DNA of 64,000 bases from Bdellovibrionales bacterium (GTDB lineage Bacteria; Bdellovibrionota; Bdellovibrionia; Bdellovibrionales; JAUICD01): NCBI GenBank assembly GCA_965262715.1, contig OZ253553.1, positions 2,784,001 through 2,848,000 on the forward strand, given 5' to 3'. A program made the position numbers and the translations under genes. The notes under the pieces are model-generated. The model was not told the origin of the DNA. It did no database searches and was given only the letters and a program-made list of their open reading frames with translations. Shown here piece by piece: positions 50,790 through 61,956 of this stretch (position 1 is its first letter; every line of letters begins with the position of its first letter).

Positions 50790-51539
50790 ATGATAAAAAA
50801 AATTATTCAATTATTCATTCTTTTTATAATAGGCTTATTTGCAAATCCTTCTTATGCAAAGATAGACATAGCTATTTATGGAGGTATGAAACGGTTTAAT
50901 GGAACGACAGTGAATATGCCAAGTGAAGCTGGGCCAAAGACAGATTGGGAAAACCACTCATGGATTTTTAATACAGATGTTTTCTATAGGTTACCTGCGG
51001 GTTTTAGTATTGGTTTAAGGTATCAACATCTTTTATCGTCAGGTATGTATATCAAGGTACCAGATACACAGTCTTCTTCTAATGATACGCAGTCTAGTTC
51101 AGAGACAGAGGCTGTTGAAGCAGAATCAGGCCCATTACAAGAGTTTTATTCTAACGCTGGTCGGATAGCTCTTTTGGGACGCTATAGGTTTATCAATGGC
51201 TCAGATACAGAGGGGTTTTTTACGGGAGTGTTGGTTGCATTGGATGTGTTTAAATTTTTTATGTTTGATATGAACAAGACAGAGGATGAATTTTCTGTTG
51301 ATAAAACGATGACAAGTAACTCATGGTTGTGGGAAAAATTAACAGGTCAGGTTGGTTTTGAGGTGGGTTTTAGATGGTCTCATCTTTTTTTAAAGGCAGA
51401 AGTAGGTTATGATTTATTTTCTTTTAGTAATTTAAGTTGTAGTTCTCAAGTAGGTCAGTGCGCAACCCATACTCCGGAGGATTCGTTCAATTTAAATTCT
51501 TTTTACGGTATGTTAGGAATAGGCTATGCCTTCAAATAA
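50790..51539 (+). CDS. Outer-membrane beta-barrel-like protein
   Basis: Signal peptide; alternating strands; terminal LGIGYAF. Confidence 0.7.
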   Translation: MIKKIIQLFILFIIGLFANPSYAKIDIAIYGGMKRFNGTTVNMPSEAGPKTDWENHSWIFNTDVFYRLPAGFSIGLRYQHLLSSGMYIKVPDTQSSSNDTQSSSETEAVEAESGPLQEFYSNAGRIALLGRYRFINGSDTEGFFTGVLVALDVFKFFMFDMNKTEDEFSVDKTMTSNSWLWEKLTGQVGFEVGFRWSHLFLKAEVGYDLFSFSNLSCSSQVGQCATHTPEDSFNLNSFYGMLGIGYAFK

Positions 51540-51566
51540 ATGTCATAAAAGGTCATATAACGAACA

Positions 51567-52664
51567 ATGAAACCGACTATTTTGTGTGTTGATGATGAGA
51601 TTGACAATGTTGAAGTCTTAGAAAGGACTTTCCGCACATCTTATCATGTTATGACGGCTACTTCTGGTTTGGAGGCTCTTAAGTTATTAGAGCAAAAAGA
51701 AGTGGCTGTTATTATTAGTGACCAAAGAATGCCTCAAATGACAGGGGTGGAGTTTTTTCAGAAGTCTATTTCTTCACATCCTGACACCATACGTATATTA
51801 TTGACGGGCTATAGCGACATAAGCTCTGTTATTGATGCTATTAATACCGGTCAGGTTTATCGGTATATCACAAAGCCTTGGGACATCCATGATTTAAAGT
51901 CTACTGTTGCAAGGGCTGTAGAACGTTACTCTATGCACAAGGAACTTCAGCAAAAGACAGAAGACCTTAAAAAAGCATATGAAGATCTTAAAAGCTTAGA
52001 TCAAACTAAGTCTCATTTTATGTTATTGATTCATCACGAGTTGAGGACTCCGTTAACAATTATTTCCAACTTTTTAGAGTTGCTGGCACAATCTGGTTTA
52101 GGTGCGGATCAGGCTCTTTATTGTCAAAAGATCCAATCTGGAGCAGATCGTTTGAATGAGCTGATTTTCTCTGTTTTAGAGATTATGGAAGCTGAGACGG
52201 GGCGATTAAAACCTGTTAAAGGCTCTATTCATCTAAAACCTATTATAGAAGACCTTCTCTCAGAACTTCAGAGTTTTGCAAAGGATAGAAAGCAAGCTTT
52301 TGACCTCCAAATTTCAGAAGATTTTGTGTGTGCAGATCAAAAAATTATAAAAAAGGTACTTAAAAAGTTATTTCAAAATGCTATTAAATTTTCAGAACCT
52401 GATAGGACGATCTCTATTCGAGCTGCTCATAAGGAAGATCAAGATATAGAGGTTTCTATAACAAATACTGGTCCAACTCTTTCTGAAGAGACTATTAGGA
52501 GTATTTTAAAGCCGTTCACACTTAATGAAGACAGCATGAAGCATAGCAAGGGGCTTGGGCTTGGGCTTAGTCTTTGTCAATCTTTATTAAAGTGTCATGG
52601 CTCCAAATTACAGATTATCAGTCAGAACAACACTATAAAAGTTAGCTTTGTTCTTAAAAAATGA
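51567..52664 (+). CDS. Hybrid response regulator-histidine kinase
   Basis: VDDE, SDQRMP, TKPW, HELRTPL, NAIKF, GLGLGL. Confidence 0.95.
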   Translation: MKPTILCVDDEIDNVEVLERTFRTSYHVMTATSGLEALKLLEQKEVAVIISDQRMPQMTGVEFFQKSISSHPDTIRILLTGYSDISSVIDAINTGQVYRYITKPWDIHDLKSTVARAVERYSMHKELQQKTEDLKKAYEDLKSLDQTKSHFMLLIHHELRTPLTIISNFLELLAQSGLGADQALYCQKIQSGADRLNELIFSVLEIMEAETGRLKPVKGSIHLKPIIEDLLSELQSFAKDRKQAFDLQISEDFVCADQKIIKKVLKKLFQNAIKFSEPDRTISIRAAHKEDQDIEVSITNTGPTLSEETIRSILKPFTLNEDSMKHSKGLGLGLSLCQSLLKCHGSKLQIISQNNTIKVSFVLKK

Positions 52665-52802
52665 ATTTCAATCAATAGAATGATTGTCAGGACGTGATAT
52701 TCTCATTATAATAATAAAAATGCTTTACAAACACTAAAATTTAAATTTATATTCTTATAATTTTTTATGTGTAAAAAAGTTGAGGAAGAGGGAAAATAAT
52801 TT

Positions 52803-53135
52803 ATGGCAACTCAAAGTGTTCAAAGTCAAAAAATTCATATTCGTCTTAAGGCATTTGATTACAGACTACTTGATCAATCAACAAAGGAGATCATAGAAAC
52901 TGTTCGGAGGACAGGCGTAAAAGTTGCGGGACCTATACCACTTCCTACTAGAATTAATCGCTATACTGTTTTAACATCGCCGCATGTAGATAAAAAATCA
53001 CGTGAACAATTTGAAATTCGCACTCACAAGCGAGTTTTAGATATTTTAGACCCAACACAGCAAACTGTTGATCAGTTGATGAAGTTAGACCTTTCGGCGG
53101 GAGTAGATGTAGAGATCAAGTTATCGGTAGTTTAG
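52803..53135 (+). CDS. rpsJ: 30S ribosomal protein S10
   Basis: [20 protein letters not shown]. Confidence 0.98.
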   Translation: MATQSVQSQKIHIRLKAFDYRLLDQSTKEIIETVRRTGVKVAGPIPLPTRINRYTVLTSPHVDKKSREQFEIRTHKRVLDILDPTQQTVDQLMKLDLSAGVDVEIKLSVV

Positions 53136-53242
53136 ATAAAGAAGTGATTTGATAAGACTTTATAGTAGCTTAGAAAACTTGATGGACGTTTTTTTCAAAT
53201 AATGGGAATATAAATTTTCAATTAGAGGTTAGGGATAATATA

Positions 53243-54322
53243 ATGGCAAATGACAATCAGAAAGACAATAATTCGAAGACACCTTCTTTAGAGGATTCTC
53301 AAGGAAGCCATGTATCTGCAGGTTCTTCTACCAAAGATTCTGTACTAGAGGATAAGCAAACGGAGTCAGTTGAATCATCAAGTTTAGAGACCAGTTCGGA
53401 AAATGAGGTGAAGAAAGATGATCTAATAGAGCCAAAAGCTTCAACAGAGGGTTTGCAGGCTCAAGCAGATAGTCCTGATCAAGTAGCAGAGTCTTCTTCT
53501 CAAACTTCAGATCAAGTTGCCAAAACACAGGAGCAAACTGAGGCTGAAAGTTCAGATTTAATGGATGAGGGAGCTACTATATCTGAAGCAGAGGAGATTA
53601 TAGAAGAGACATTACCAGAGCTTTACTTAAATGGTTTCTATGCTATCAAGTTAGGCATGTCTTCTATTTACAATGATCAAGGGCAAATTGTTCCTGTGAC
53701 AGTTTTAAGATTTGATACTTGGAAGGTCACACAGATAAAAACAAAAGACAGAGATGGATATGTTGCTATTCAATTAGGATCGGGTCCAAAGTCTGAGAAA
53801 AAGTCGAATCTTCCTCAAAAAGGTCATTTAAAGCCTTCTGGGTTTCCAACTAATGTGACTTTTTTACGTGAGATTAGGGGAGAAGTTCCACATCAACCTT
53901 CCAAAGACAGTGAGAAGGAGGCTAGCGCAACTTCTCAAGATACTAAAGATGGCAAGTCTATCAATTGCCAGTTAGGTCAAGTTTTATCCATTCATAGCTT
54001 AGCAAAAGGTGATCGTGTACATCTTTCATCTATTTCAAAAGGACGTGGTTTTGCAGGCACAATAAAACGTTTAGGTTATAGCGGAGGCCCTGCTTCACAT
54101 GGGTCTCAATTTCACAGAAAGCCAGGTTCTATAGGAATGTGTGAAGAACCTGCACGCGTGCTTCCTGGAAAGGGCATGCCAGGTCATCATGGAAATCGGA
54201 ATGTGACTTTAAAGCATGTGGAAATCGTGGATGTGATTTCAGCAAAAAAGGTTTTATTAGTTAAAGGCAGTGTTCCTGGTGGGCGCAACAGCCTTGTTAA
54301 GTTAATGAAAGAGAGTGTCTAA
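53243..54322 (+). CDS. rplC: 50S ribosomal protein L3 with long acidic N-terminal extension
   Basis: KLGMS, DGYVAIQLG, SKGRGFAG, GSVPG. Confidence 0.95.
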   Translation: MANDNQKDNNSKTPSLEDSQGSHVSAGSSTKDSVLEDKQTESVESSSLETSSENEVKKDDLIEPKASTEGLQAQADSPDQVAESSSQTSDQVAKTQEQTEAESSDLMDEGATISEAEEIIEETLPELYLNGFYAIKLGMSSIYNDQGQIVPVTVLRFDTWKVTQIKTKDRDGYVAIQLGSGPKSEKKSNLPQKGHLKPSGFPTNVTFLREIRGEVPHQPSKDSEKEASATSQDTKDGKSINCQLGQVLSIHSLAKGDRVHLSSISKGRGFAGTIKRLGYSGGPASHGSQFHRKPGSIGMCEEPARVLPGKGMPGHHGNRNVTLKHVEIVDVISAKKVLLVKGSVPGGRNSLVKLMKESV

Positions 54323-54325
54323 ATC

Positions 54326-55057
54326 ATGCCTCAGATAGATGTATTACATTGGAACCGTCAAAAGATGAAAAGCATAGAGCTTCCTGATATTGTATTTGCA
54401 GGACCTATTAAAAAATATATTTTACACGAGGTTGTGAAATGGCAACTTGCTAAAAAACGTCAAGGAACTCACAAAGTAAAAACTCGTGGCGAAGTCTCTG
54501 GAGGAGGTAAAAAGCCTTTAAAACAAAAAGGTTCAGGGCGTGCGCGTCAAGGTTCTATACGCTCTCCTTTGATGAAGGGAGGAGGGGTGATATTTGGTCC
54601 TTCTCCAAGGAGTTACAATTACGCTCTTGGTAAAAAGGTTAAGAGAGCGGGTCTGCGATCAGCACTTTCTTATCTTTTTAAGGAAAAGCGTTTCTATGTT
54701 GTACCAGAGATGACATCTGAAGATGGAAAGGCAAAAGATCTTTTAAAAAAATTACAAGGTTTTGGTGTTTCCAAAGCAGTGTTGATTGACAATTTAGAAG
54801 TACCGCTTTTTAAAAGAGCAGCTAGAAACTTACCTTATTTCAGGTATTATTCTACAGAGGGTTTGAATGTATATGATCTTTTAAAATATGATACGGCTAT
54901 TGTTACAGAAGGTGCATTAAGTGGTATTATTGCAAGATGCGCGCCGCCTCATCATGAGGATGGACAAACTAATGAAGATGAAATGAGTCACCACGATGGA
55001 AACCACCACGATGAGAACCATCAAGACGGCAACCATCAAGATAAGCGGAGTGATTAA
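54326..55057 (+). CDS. rplD: 50S ribosomal protein L4 with His/Asp-rich tail
   Basis: RQGTH, QKGSGRARQGS. Confidence 0.97.
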   Translation: MPQIDVLHWNRQKMKSIELPDIVFAGPIKKYILHEVVKWQLAKKRQGTHKVKTRGEVSGGGKKPLKQKGSGRARQGSIRSPLMKGGGVIFGPSPRSYNYALGKKVKRAGLRSALSYLFKEKRFYVVPEMTSEDGKAKDLLKKLQGFGVSKAVLIDNLEVPLFKRAARNLPYFRYYSTEGLNVYDLLKYDTAIVTEGALSGIIARCAPPHHEDGQTNEDEMSHHDGNHHDENHQDGNHQDKRSD

Positions 55058-55059
55058 GT

Positions 55060-55353
55060 ATGTACCATATTATAAAAGAGCCTCTCACAACAGAGAAAAA
55101 TGCAAAGCACCAGGCACAAAACACTTATGTTTTTAAGGTAGATAAAACAGCAACTAAGCAACAAATCATGAAAGCTATTGAGCAGTTATTTGAGGTTAAA
55201 GTTATAGGTATTCGGACTCTTATTTCTAGGAGGCGTAGGCATAGGGGACGAGGACGACGTACGGGTAAAAATACGGATAAAATTCATTATTGGAAGAAGG
55301 CTTTTGTAAAACTATCGCCTAATAATAAGATTCGACTTTTTGAAGGAGCTTAA
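55060..55353 (+). CDS. rplW: 50S ribosomal protein L23
   Basis: PLTTEK, WKKAFVKL. Confidence 0.95.
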   Translation: MYHIIKEPLTTEKNAKHQAQNTYVFKVDKTATKQQIMKAIEQLFEVKVIGIRTLISRRRRHRGRGRRTGKNTDKIHYWKKAFVKLSPNNKIRLFEGA

Positions 55354-55378
55354 ATTAATTGTTTAAGGACATAGTACA

Positions 55379-56215
55379 ATGACTCTTAGAAACTACAAAC
55401 CATTCACATCTTCTCGAAGAACTATGACGAAGGCTGATTTTTCTCAAATCACCAAGGCATTTCCGGAAAAATCACTAGTTACAAAGAAAGATCAAAAAGC
55501 AGGCCGTAACAACCAAGGCCGTATCACTGTACGTTTTCGTGGATCTGGTCATAAAAAGCGTTATCGCATTATAGATTTTAAGCGATCTAAAGCAGACATT
55601 CCTGCAACTGTTTCTGCTATTGAATATGATCCAAATCGTTCTGCTTTTATAGCTCTTTTGTATTATAAGGATGGAGCAAAATCTTACATTGTTGCTCCCT
55701 TAAATTTAAAAGTTGGTGATACTGTTTTATCTTCTGAATCAGCGGATATCAAACCTGGTAATAATATGACTTTATCAAAGATCCCATTAGGAACAATGAT
55801 TCACAATATTGAAATCAAGCCAGGTAAAGGAGGACAGCTTGCTTTGTCTGCGGGTTCTTATGGCACATTGGTTGCGAAAGAGGAACGTTATGTTTTAGTG
55901 AAACTTCCTTCAGGAGAGGTCAGGAAGGTGCTTACTGTTTGTAGAGCTTCTATAGGTCAGGTGGGTAATATAGAAAATGAAAATATTAAGATAGGTAAAG
56001 CAGGTCGAACACGTTGGCTTGGTTGGCGGCCTCATGTTCGAGGTATGTGTCAAAATCCAATTGACCATCCTATGGGAGGGGGTGAAGGAAAAGGAAAAGG
56101 GAATCATCCTCAGACTCCTTGGGGTAAGCCTTGTAAAGGACATAAAACACGTCATAATAAGAGGGATGCTCACCTTATTGTAACTGCAAGAAAACCAAGA
56201 AAGAAAAAGAAATAA
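55379..56215 (+). CDS. rplB: 50S ribosomal protein L2
   Basis: [25 protein letters not shown]. Confidence 0.98.
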   Translation: MTLRNYKPFTSSRRTMTKADFSQITKAFPEKSLVTKKDQKAGRNNQGRITVRFRGSGHKKRYRIIDFKRSKADIPATVSAIEYDPNRSAFIALLYYKDGAKSYIVAPLNLKVGDTVLSSESADIKPGNNMTLSKIPLGTMIHNIEIKPGKGGQLALSAGSYGTLVAKEERYVLVKLPSGEVRKVLTVCRASIGQVGNIENENIKIGKAGRTRWLGWRPHVRGMCQNPIDHPMGGGEGKGKGNHPQTPWGKPCKGHKTRHNKRDAHLIVTARKPRKKKK

Positions 56216-56227
56216 TAAGGAGGTTAT

Positions 56228-56509
56228 GTGGGACGTTCTATTAAAAAGGGGCCATTTATTGATGACCATTTATTAAAAAAAATACAAAAAGCTAAGTCTG
56301 AAGGAGATCGTAAGGTCATAAAAACTTGGTCAAGACGTTCGACGGTGATTCCAGATGCTGTGGGCTTGACATTTGCCATTCATAATGGCAAAAAGTTTAT
56401 TCCTGTTTATATAACAGAAAACATGATTGGTCATAAATTGGGAGAATTTGCTCCAACAAGAATTTTTAAGAGTCACTCTGGAGATAAGAAAATGAATGTG
56501 ACTCGATAA
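56228..56509 (+). CDS. rpsS: 30S ribosomal protein S19
   Basis: [18 protein letters not shown]. Confidence 0.98.
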   Translation: MGRSIKKGPFIDDHLLKKIQKAKSEGDRKVIKTWSRRSTVIPDAVGLTFAIHNGKKFIPVYITENMIGHKLGEFAPTRIFKSHSGDKKMNVTR

Positions 56510-56550
56510 GAGCTGGAGTTTAATTTTATTTTAAGAGAGAGGATAAGGTT

Positions 56551-56883
56551 ATGGAAGTGAAAGCTTCTTTAAAATTTGCAAAGATAGGGACACAAAAGAC
56601 TAGGCTTATTGCTAATTTAGTCAGGGGGCAGCATGTAGAAAAGGCATTGAAGCAGTTAGTTTTTTTAAACCGCAAGCCGGCAAAGGTTATAAAAAAACTT
56701 ATCTTATCCACGCTCGCAAATGCCAGGCAAAATAGTTATATTGACATAGACAATTTGTTTATTAAGACAATCACTGTAGATGAGGGGCCTCATTACAAAC
56801 GTCAGATTCCTAGGGCACAGGGACGAGCTGCTTTAATCAGAAAAAAGTCAAGCCATATCGATTTGGTGTTGGTTGAGAGGTAA
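56551..56883 (+). CDS. rplV: 50S ribosomal protein L22
   Basis: VDEGP..KR..PRAQGRA. Confidence 0.97.
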   Translation: MEVKASLKFAKIGTQKTRLIANLVRGQHVEKALKQLVFLNRKPAKVIKKLILSTLANARQNSYIDIDNLFIKTITVDEGPHYKRQIPRAQGRAALIRKKSSHIDLVLVER

Positions 56884-56890
56884 AATATTT

Positions 56891-57553
56891 ATGGGTCAAA
56901 AAGTAAATCCAATTGGATTGAGATTAGGTATTAATAGGACATGGGATTCTCGCTGGTACAGTAAGGGACCTAGTTTTGCTAAGAACTTACATGAAGATTT
57001 TAAATTACGCGAATATGTAAAAAAACAATTAAAACACGCTGGGATCTCAAAAATTGAAATTGAACGCATTGCAAGCAAGGTGAAGATTATTATTTTTTCT
57101 GCAAGGCCTGGTGTTGTGATTGGGAAAAAAGGAACAGGTATTGATGCTCTTAAAGCTGATGTGCAGCGTTTGACAAAGGACGAAGTCTTTATCAATATTC
57201 AGGAGATCAGAAAGCCTGATATCGATGCTCATTTAGTCGCTAAGAGTATCGCTATACAGTTAGAAAAACGTGTTTCTTGGCGCAGAGCACTTAAGAAAGC
57301 TTTGAAAGCTGCTGTTTTAGGTGGAGTTAAAGGGATTAAGGTACAAGTTGCAGGCCGACTGGATGGGGCGGAAATTGCAAGAACAGAATGGTACACTGAA
57401 AAAAGTGTACCACTTCACACCTTAAGAGCTCAGATTGACTATGCGACAGCAGAGGCGCTGACAACTTATGGGATCATTGGAGTGAAGGTATGGATTTACA
57501 AGGGGGATGTTATGTCACTTAAGGCATTACGTCAGGAGACACAACGTGCTTAG
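56891..57553 (+). CDS. rpsC: 30S ribosomal protein S3
   Basis: [25 protein letters not shown]. Confidence 0.98.
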   Translation: MGQKVNPIGLRLGINRTWDSRWYSKGPSFAKNLHEDFKLREYVKKQLKHAGISKIEIERIASKVKIIIFSARPGVVIGKKGTGIDALKADVQRLTKDEVFINIQEIRKPDIDAHLVAKSIAIQLEKRVSWRRALKKALKAAVLGGVKGIKVQVAGRLDGAEIARTEWYTEKSVPLHTLRAQIDYATAEALTTYGIIGVKVWIYKGDVMSLKALRQETQRA

Positions 57554-57959
57554 TCCTAAGAAGATTAAATGGAGAAAGCAATTTCGACCTTACTTAAGTG
57601 GTAAGGCTCATTCAGGGAACAAAGTTTCCTTTGGTGATTTTGGGATGCAGGCTCTTACAGCAGGTAAATTAACCTCTCGTCAAATTGAGGCCAGCCGTAT
57701 TGCTATTAGTCGTTCTGTGAGAAGAGGCGGACGGGTTTGGATCCGTATATTTCCTCATATTCCTGTGACCAAGAAGCCAGCAGAAACGCGTATGGGAAGT
57801 GGTAAAGGGGCTCCAGAGTATTGGATTGCTCATATAAGACCTGGTACAATTCTTTTTGAAATGATTGGAGTGACTGTAGCGCAAGCAAAAAGAGCTTTTG
57901 AATTGGCTGGTCATAAACTACCTATTAAAACAAGATTTTTAGAAAGAGAGTCTTTATGA
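57546..57959 (+). CDS. rplP: 50S ribosomal protein L16
   Basis: GTG start; [13 protein letters not shown]. Confidence 0.97.
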   Translation: MLSPKKIKWRKQFRPYLSGKAHSGNKVSFGDFGMQALTAGKLTSRQIEASRIAISRSVRRGGRVWIRIFPHIPVTKKPAETRMGSGKGAPEYWIAHIRPGTILFEMIGVTVAQAKRAFELAGHKLPIKTRFLERESL

Positions 57960-58180
57960 AATACAAAAATATAAAAAACTTAGAACAAGAAGAGATTTTT
58001 AAAAAGATAACAGAGTGTTCAAACGAGCTTTTTCACTTAAGAATGACAAAAAAACTAAATCAGGTGACCAATCCTGTAAAGATTAGAACATTGAGGCGGG
58101 ATATTGCTCGTTTGAAAACAGTATTATCTCAAAGAAGGTTATCAAAAGATATAAACTTAGAAGCAATTGCAGGAAATTAA
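57956..58180 (+). CDS. rpmC: 50S ribosomal protein L29
   Basis: [16 protein letters not shown]. Confidence 0.95.
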   Translation: MKYKNIKNLEQEEIFKKITECSNELFHLRMTKKLNQVTNPVKIRTLRRDIARLKTVLSQRRLSKDINLEAIAGN

Positions 58181-58196
58181 TATTTGGAGATGAAAG

Positions 58197-58739
58197 ATGA
58201 CAGAGAATCAGGATGAAAAGAAAGAACAGAAGACAGATGATGTAGTAGATCAGACGACGTCAGATCAAGATCAGATTAAAGCAGATAGCGTGAAGTCTAA
58301 AGACAACAAAGATAGCGTGGAGTCTAAAGACAACAAAGATGTTGATGATAGCAAATCGCCTGATCAAGCACCTTTAAAAGCTGAGAAGAAAGAGGAACTT
58401 CGAAGACCAAAATTGAAGGCAGATATAAGAGTTCAGCAGGTGGGTCATCGAAGAAAGGTTATTGATACGGATAAAGCGAAGGAGCGTGGACGCAAGATTG
58501 AAGTTATTGGTGATGTGATCAGTGATAAGATGGACAAGACCATCACTGTGCAAATATATAGGAAGGTTCGTCACCCTCGTGTTGGCAAGTACATTAAAAG
58601 GAGTACAAAATTCAAGGCTCATGATGAAAAAAATGTAGCACATATAGGGGACAAGGTTTTAATTCACGCCACCCGCGCCCTTAGTAAGACAAAATATTGG
58701 AAGTTATCGAGGATTATAAAAGCTGGCGAAAGATTATGA
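58197..58739 (+). CDS. rpsQ: 30S ribosomal protein S17 with charged N-terminal extension
   Basis: SDKMDKTITV, KFKAHDE, TRALSKTKYW. Confidence 0.95.
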   Translation: MTENQDEKKEQKTDDVVDQTTSDQDQIKADSVKSKDNKDSVESKDNKDVDDSKSPDQAPLKAEKKEELRRPKLKADIRVQQVGHRRKVIDTDKAKERGRKIEVIGDVISDKMDKTITVQIYRKVRHPRVGKYIKRSTKFKAHDEKNVAHIGDKVLIHATRALSKTKYWKLSRIIKAGERL

Positions 58740-59519
58740 TGTTAAGGATAAGATTTCCTTAACATGAGGTAAAAAAATGAAGAGGGTCTCCCTCCTAAAA
58801 ATAGTCAGGCATTCTAGGCAATCAGCATTTTACTGATGGTGTTAACCATCATGCTGATTGCCAGAAAGTTGCCAGAGGCAAGACTATTTTTAGTGAGACA
58901 GCAGTTATCGAGGATTATAAAAGCTGGCGAAAGATTATGATGTTAAGGATAAGATTTCCTTAACATGAGGTAAAAAAATGAAGAGGGTCTCCCTCCTAAA
59001 AATAGTCAGGCATTCTAGGCAATCAGCATTTTACTGATGGTGTTAACCATCATGCTGATTGCCAGAAAGTTGCCAGAGGCAAGACTATTTTTAGTGAGAC
59101 AGCAGTTATCGAGGATTATAAAAGCTGGCGAAAGATTATAGGTGTTAAGGGTAAGATTTCCTTAACATGATGTTAAAAGATGAGGAGAGTCTTCTTACTA
59201 AAAATGAATGGATTTTTGAGTCAATGAGCATTTTACGAGGGTGTTAGTCGTCGTGCTCATTGACTCAAAAATGGTGAGAGGCTCGCCTCGAGAGGCCAGT
59301 TTATTTTTAGTGAGACAGCAGTTATCGAGGATTATAAAAGCTGGCGAAAGATTATAGGTGTTAAGGGTAAGATTTCCTTAACATGATGTAAAAAGATGAA
59401 GGGAGTCTCCCACCTAAAAATAGTCAGGCTTTCTAGGCAATCAGCATTTTACTGATGGTGTTAACCATCATGCTGATTGCCAGAAAGTTGCCAGAGGCAA
59501 GACTATTTTTAGGGAGACA
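58702..59519 (+). repeat. Four-unit tandem array (rpsQ 3' tail plus structured elements E4-E7)
   Basis: Tail copies start at 58702, 58903, 59104, 59320; elements at 58740-58900, 58941-59101, 59143-59317, 59359-59519. Confidence 0.95.
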
Positions 59520-59534
59520 GAAAGGTAATTTAAG

Positions 59535-59903
59535 ATGATACAGATGCAAACTTGGTTAAAAGTCGCAGATAATTCAGGTGCTAAAGAGGTACAGTGTATA
59601 AAAGTGCTTGGAGGTTCTAAAAGGATGATTGCCTCAGCAGGTGATATTATAGTTGTTTCTATAAAATCAGCAATTCCTAACTCCAAAGTTAAAAAAGGAG
59701 AGATGGCAAAGGCGGTGATTGTTAGAACGATACAAAAACAACGAAGACCGGATGGGAGTTATATAAGGTTTGATGAAAATGCTGTGGTTTTAGTCAATGC
59801 CAATAAAGAACCTATAGGCACACGTATTTTTGGCCCAGTTGTTCGAGAGCTAAGAGCTAAAAAATTTGTTAAAATTGTTTCTTTAGCTCCAGAAGTCTTA
59901 TAA
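59535..59903 (+). CDS. rplN: 50S ribosomal protein L14
   Basis: [23 protein letters not shown]. Confidence 0.98.
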   Translation: MIQMQTWLKVADNSGAKEVQCIKVLGGSKRMIASAGDIIVVSIKSAIPNSKVKKGEMAKAVIVRTIQKQRRPDGSYIRFDENAVVLVNANKEPIGTRIFGPVVRELRAKKFVKIVSLAPEVL

Positions 59904-60078
59904 AAAAACTTATTACACAGTGAAGCAGGAGCGCATGGAATGTTGTTCGTTTCTATATATGTTTCGTAGTGCTTTCAGCTAGATTAAGGACAATGCTTAG
60001 ACAAGTTCTTTCAAATTGGTTTTGTGCTACAAGGGACCGGTAACACTTTCTTCGCAATATAACACAGATAAGTTAAAT

Positions 60079-61956
60079 TTACCTACAACTCAATGGAAGG
60101 CCTAACATCTGGCATTCAGTTGCACTATTACAGGACACACAGCTACCATTTTGACAAACAGAACAAGAAGGGCAATCTGACCTTGAAGTGCATTGTGGTG
60201 TAGGAGTGACACATGTTCTAGTACATCCATTGGTTACAAGATTTTGGCCGCTTGGGCAACTACTAGGTCCACTGAGGGTGCTGCCACAGCTTCTAGTACA
60301 TCCATTTGTTTGTAATTCTTGACAGGTTCCACTACAGCTAGTAGGTCCACTGAGGGTACTGACGCAGCTTCTAGTACATCCATTTGTTTGTAACCTTTGA
60401 CAACTTCCACAGCGACTAGGTCCACTGGTGGTGCTGACACAACTTCTAGTACATCCATTTGTTTGTAACCTTTGACAACTTCCACAGCTACTAGGCCCAC
60501 TGGCGGTGCTGACACAACTTCTAGTACATCCATTTGTTTGTAACCTTTGACAACTTCCACAGCTACTAGGCCCACTGGCGGTGCTGACACAACTTCTAGT
60601 ACATCCATTTGTTTGTAACCTTTGACAACTTCCACAGCTACTAGGCCCACTGGCGGTGCTGACACAACTTCTAGTACATCCATTTGTTTGTAACCTTTGA
60701 CAACTTCCACAGCTACTAGGCCCACTGGCGGTGCTGACACAACTTCTAGTACATCCATTTGTTTGTAACCTTTGACAACTTCCACAGCTACTAGGCCCAC
60801 TGGCGGTGCTGACACAACTTCTAGTACATCCATTTGTTTGTAACCTTTGACAACTTCCACAGCTACTAGGCCCACTGGCGGTGCTGACACAACTTCTAGT
60901 ACATCCATTTGTTTGTAACCTTTGACAACTTCCACAGCGACTAGGTCCACTGGTGGTGCTGACACAACTTCTAGTACATCCATTTGTTTGTAACCTTTGA
61001 CAACTTCCACAGCTACTAGGCCCACTGGCGGTGCTGACACAACTTCTAGTACATCCATTTGTTTGTAACCTTTGACAAGTTCCACAGCTACTAGGCCCAC
61101 TGACTGTGCTGACACAGCTTGCACTACATCCACTACCTACTTTTCTTTCGCAACTGCCACATGTCACTGGTGTTGTACAAGCATTATTACATAATATTTG
61201 TCCAGTTGGGCAGACACAAGACCCATTACTACATTGTTTGCCACCGGTACATGTCACTCCAGCACAAGGGTCAGGCGTAACACATTGGCCACTCTTACAT
61301 TGTTTGCCACCGGTACATGTCACTCCAGCACAAGGGTCAGGCGTAACACATTGGCCACTCTTACATTGTTTGCCACCGGTACATCCAGGACAACATTGTC
61401 CAGTTGGGCAGACACAAGACCCATTACCACATTGTTTGCCATTGGTACATGTCACTCCATCACAAGGGTCAGGCGTAACGCACTGGCCATTACTACATTG
61501 TTTGCCATTAGTACACGTCACCCCAGCACAAGGGTCAGGCGTAACACATTGGCCATTACTACATTGTTTGCCACCGGTACATGTCACTCCAGCACAAGGG
61601 TCAGGCGTAACACATTGGCCACTCTTACATTGTTTGCCACCGGTACATCCAGGACAACATTGTCCAGTTGGGCAGACACAAGACCCATTACCACATTGTT
61701 TGCCATTGGTACATGTCACTCCATCACAAGGGTCAGGCGTAACGCACTGGCCATTACTACATTGTTTGCCATTAGTACACGTCACCCCAGCACAAGGGTC
61801 AGGCGTAACACATTGGCCATTACTACATTGTTTGCCACCGGTACATGTCACTCCAGCACAAGGGTCAGGCGTAACACATTGGCCACTCTTACATTGCTTG
61901 CCACCGGTACATCCAGGACAACATTGTCCAGCTGGGCAGACACAAGACCCATTACT
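60079..61956 (-). pseudogene. 3' part of a Cys-rich tandem-repeat protein gene interrupted by IS1634; 5' part resumes at 63906 and runs off the window
   Basis: ~12 x 25-aa units (75 bp) plus 22-aa units (66 bp) in a 264-bp higher-order repeat. Confidence 0.8.

Noticed and set aside
58702..59519. CRISPR array (37-bp repeat with inserts)
   Set aside because: The repeat is the rpsQ coding tail, the inserts are ~165-180 nt and homologous to each other, and there are no cas genes in the window.
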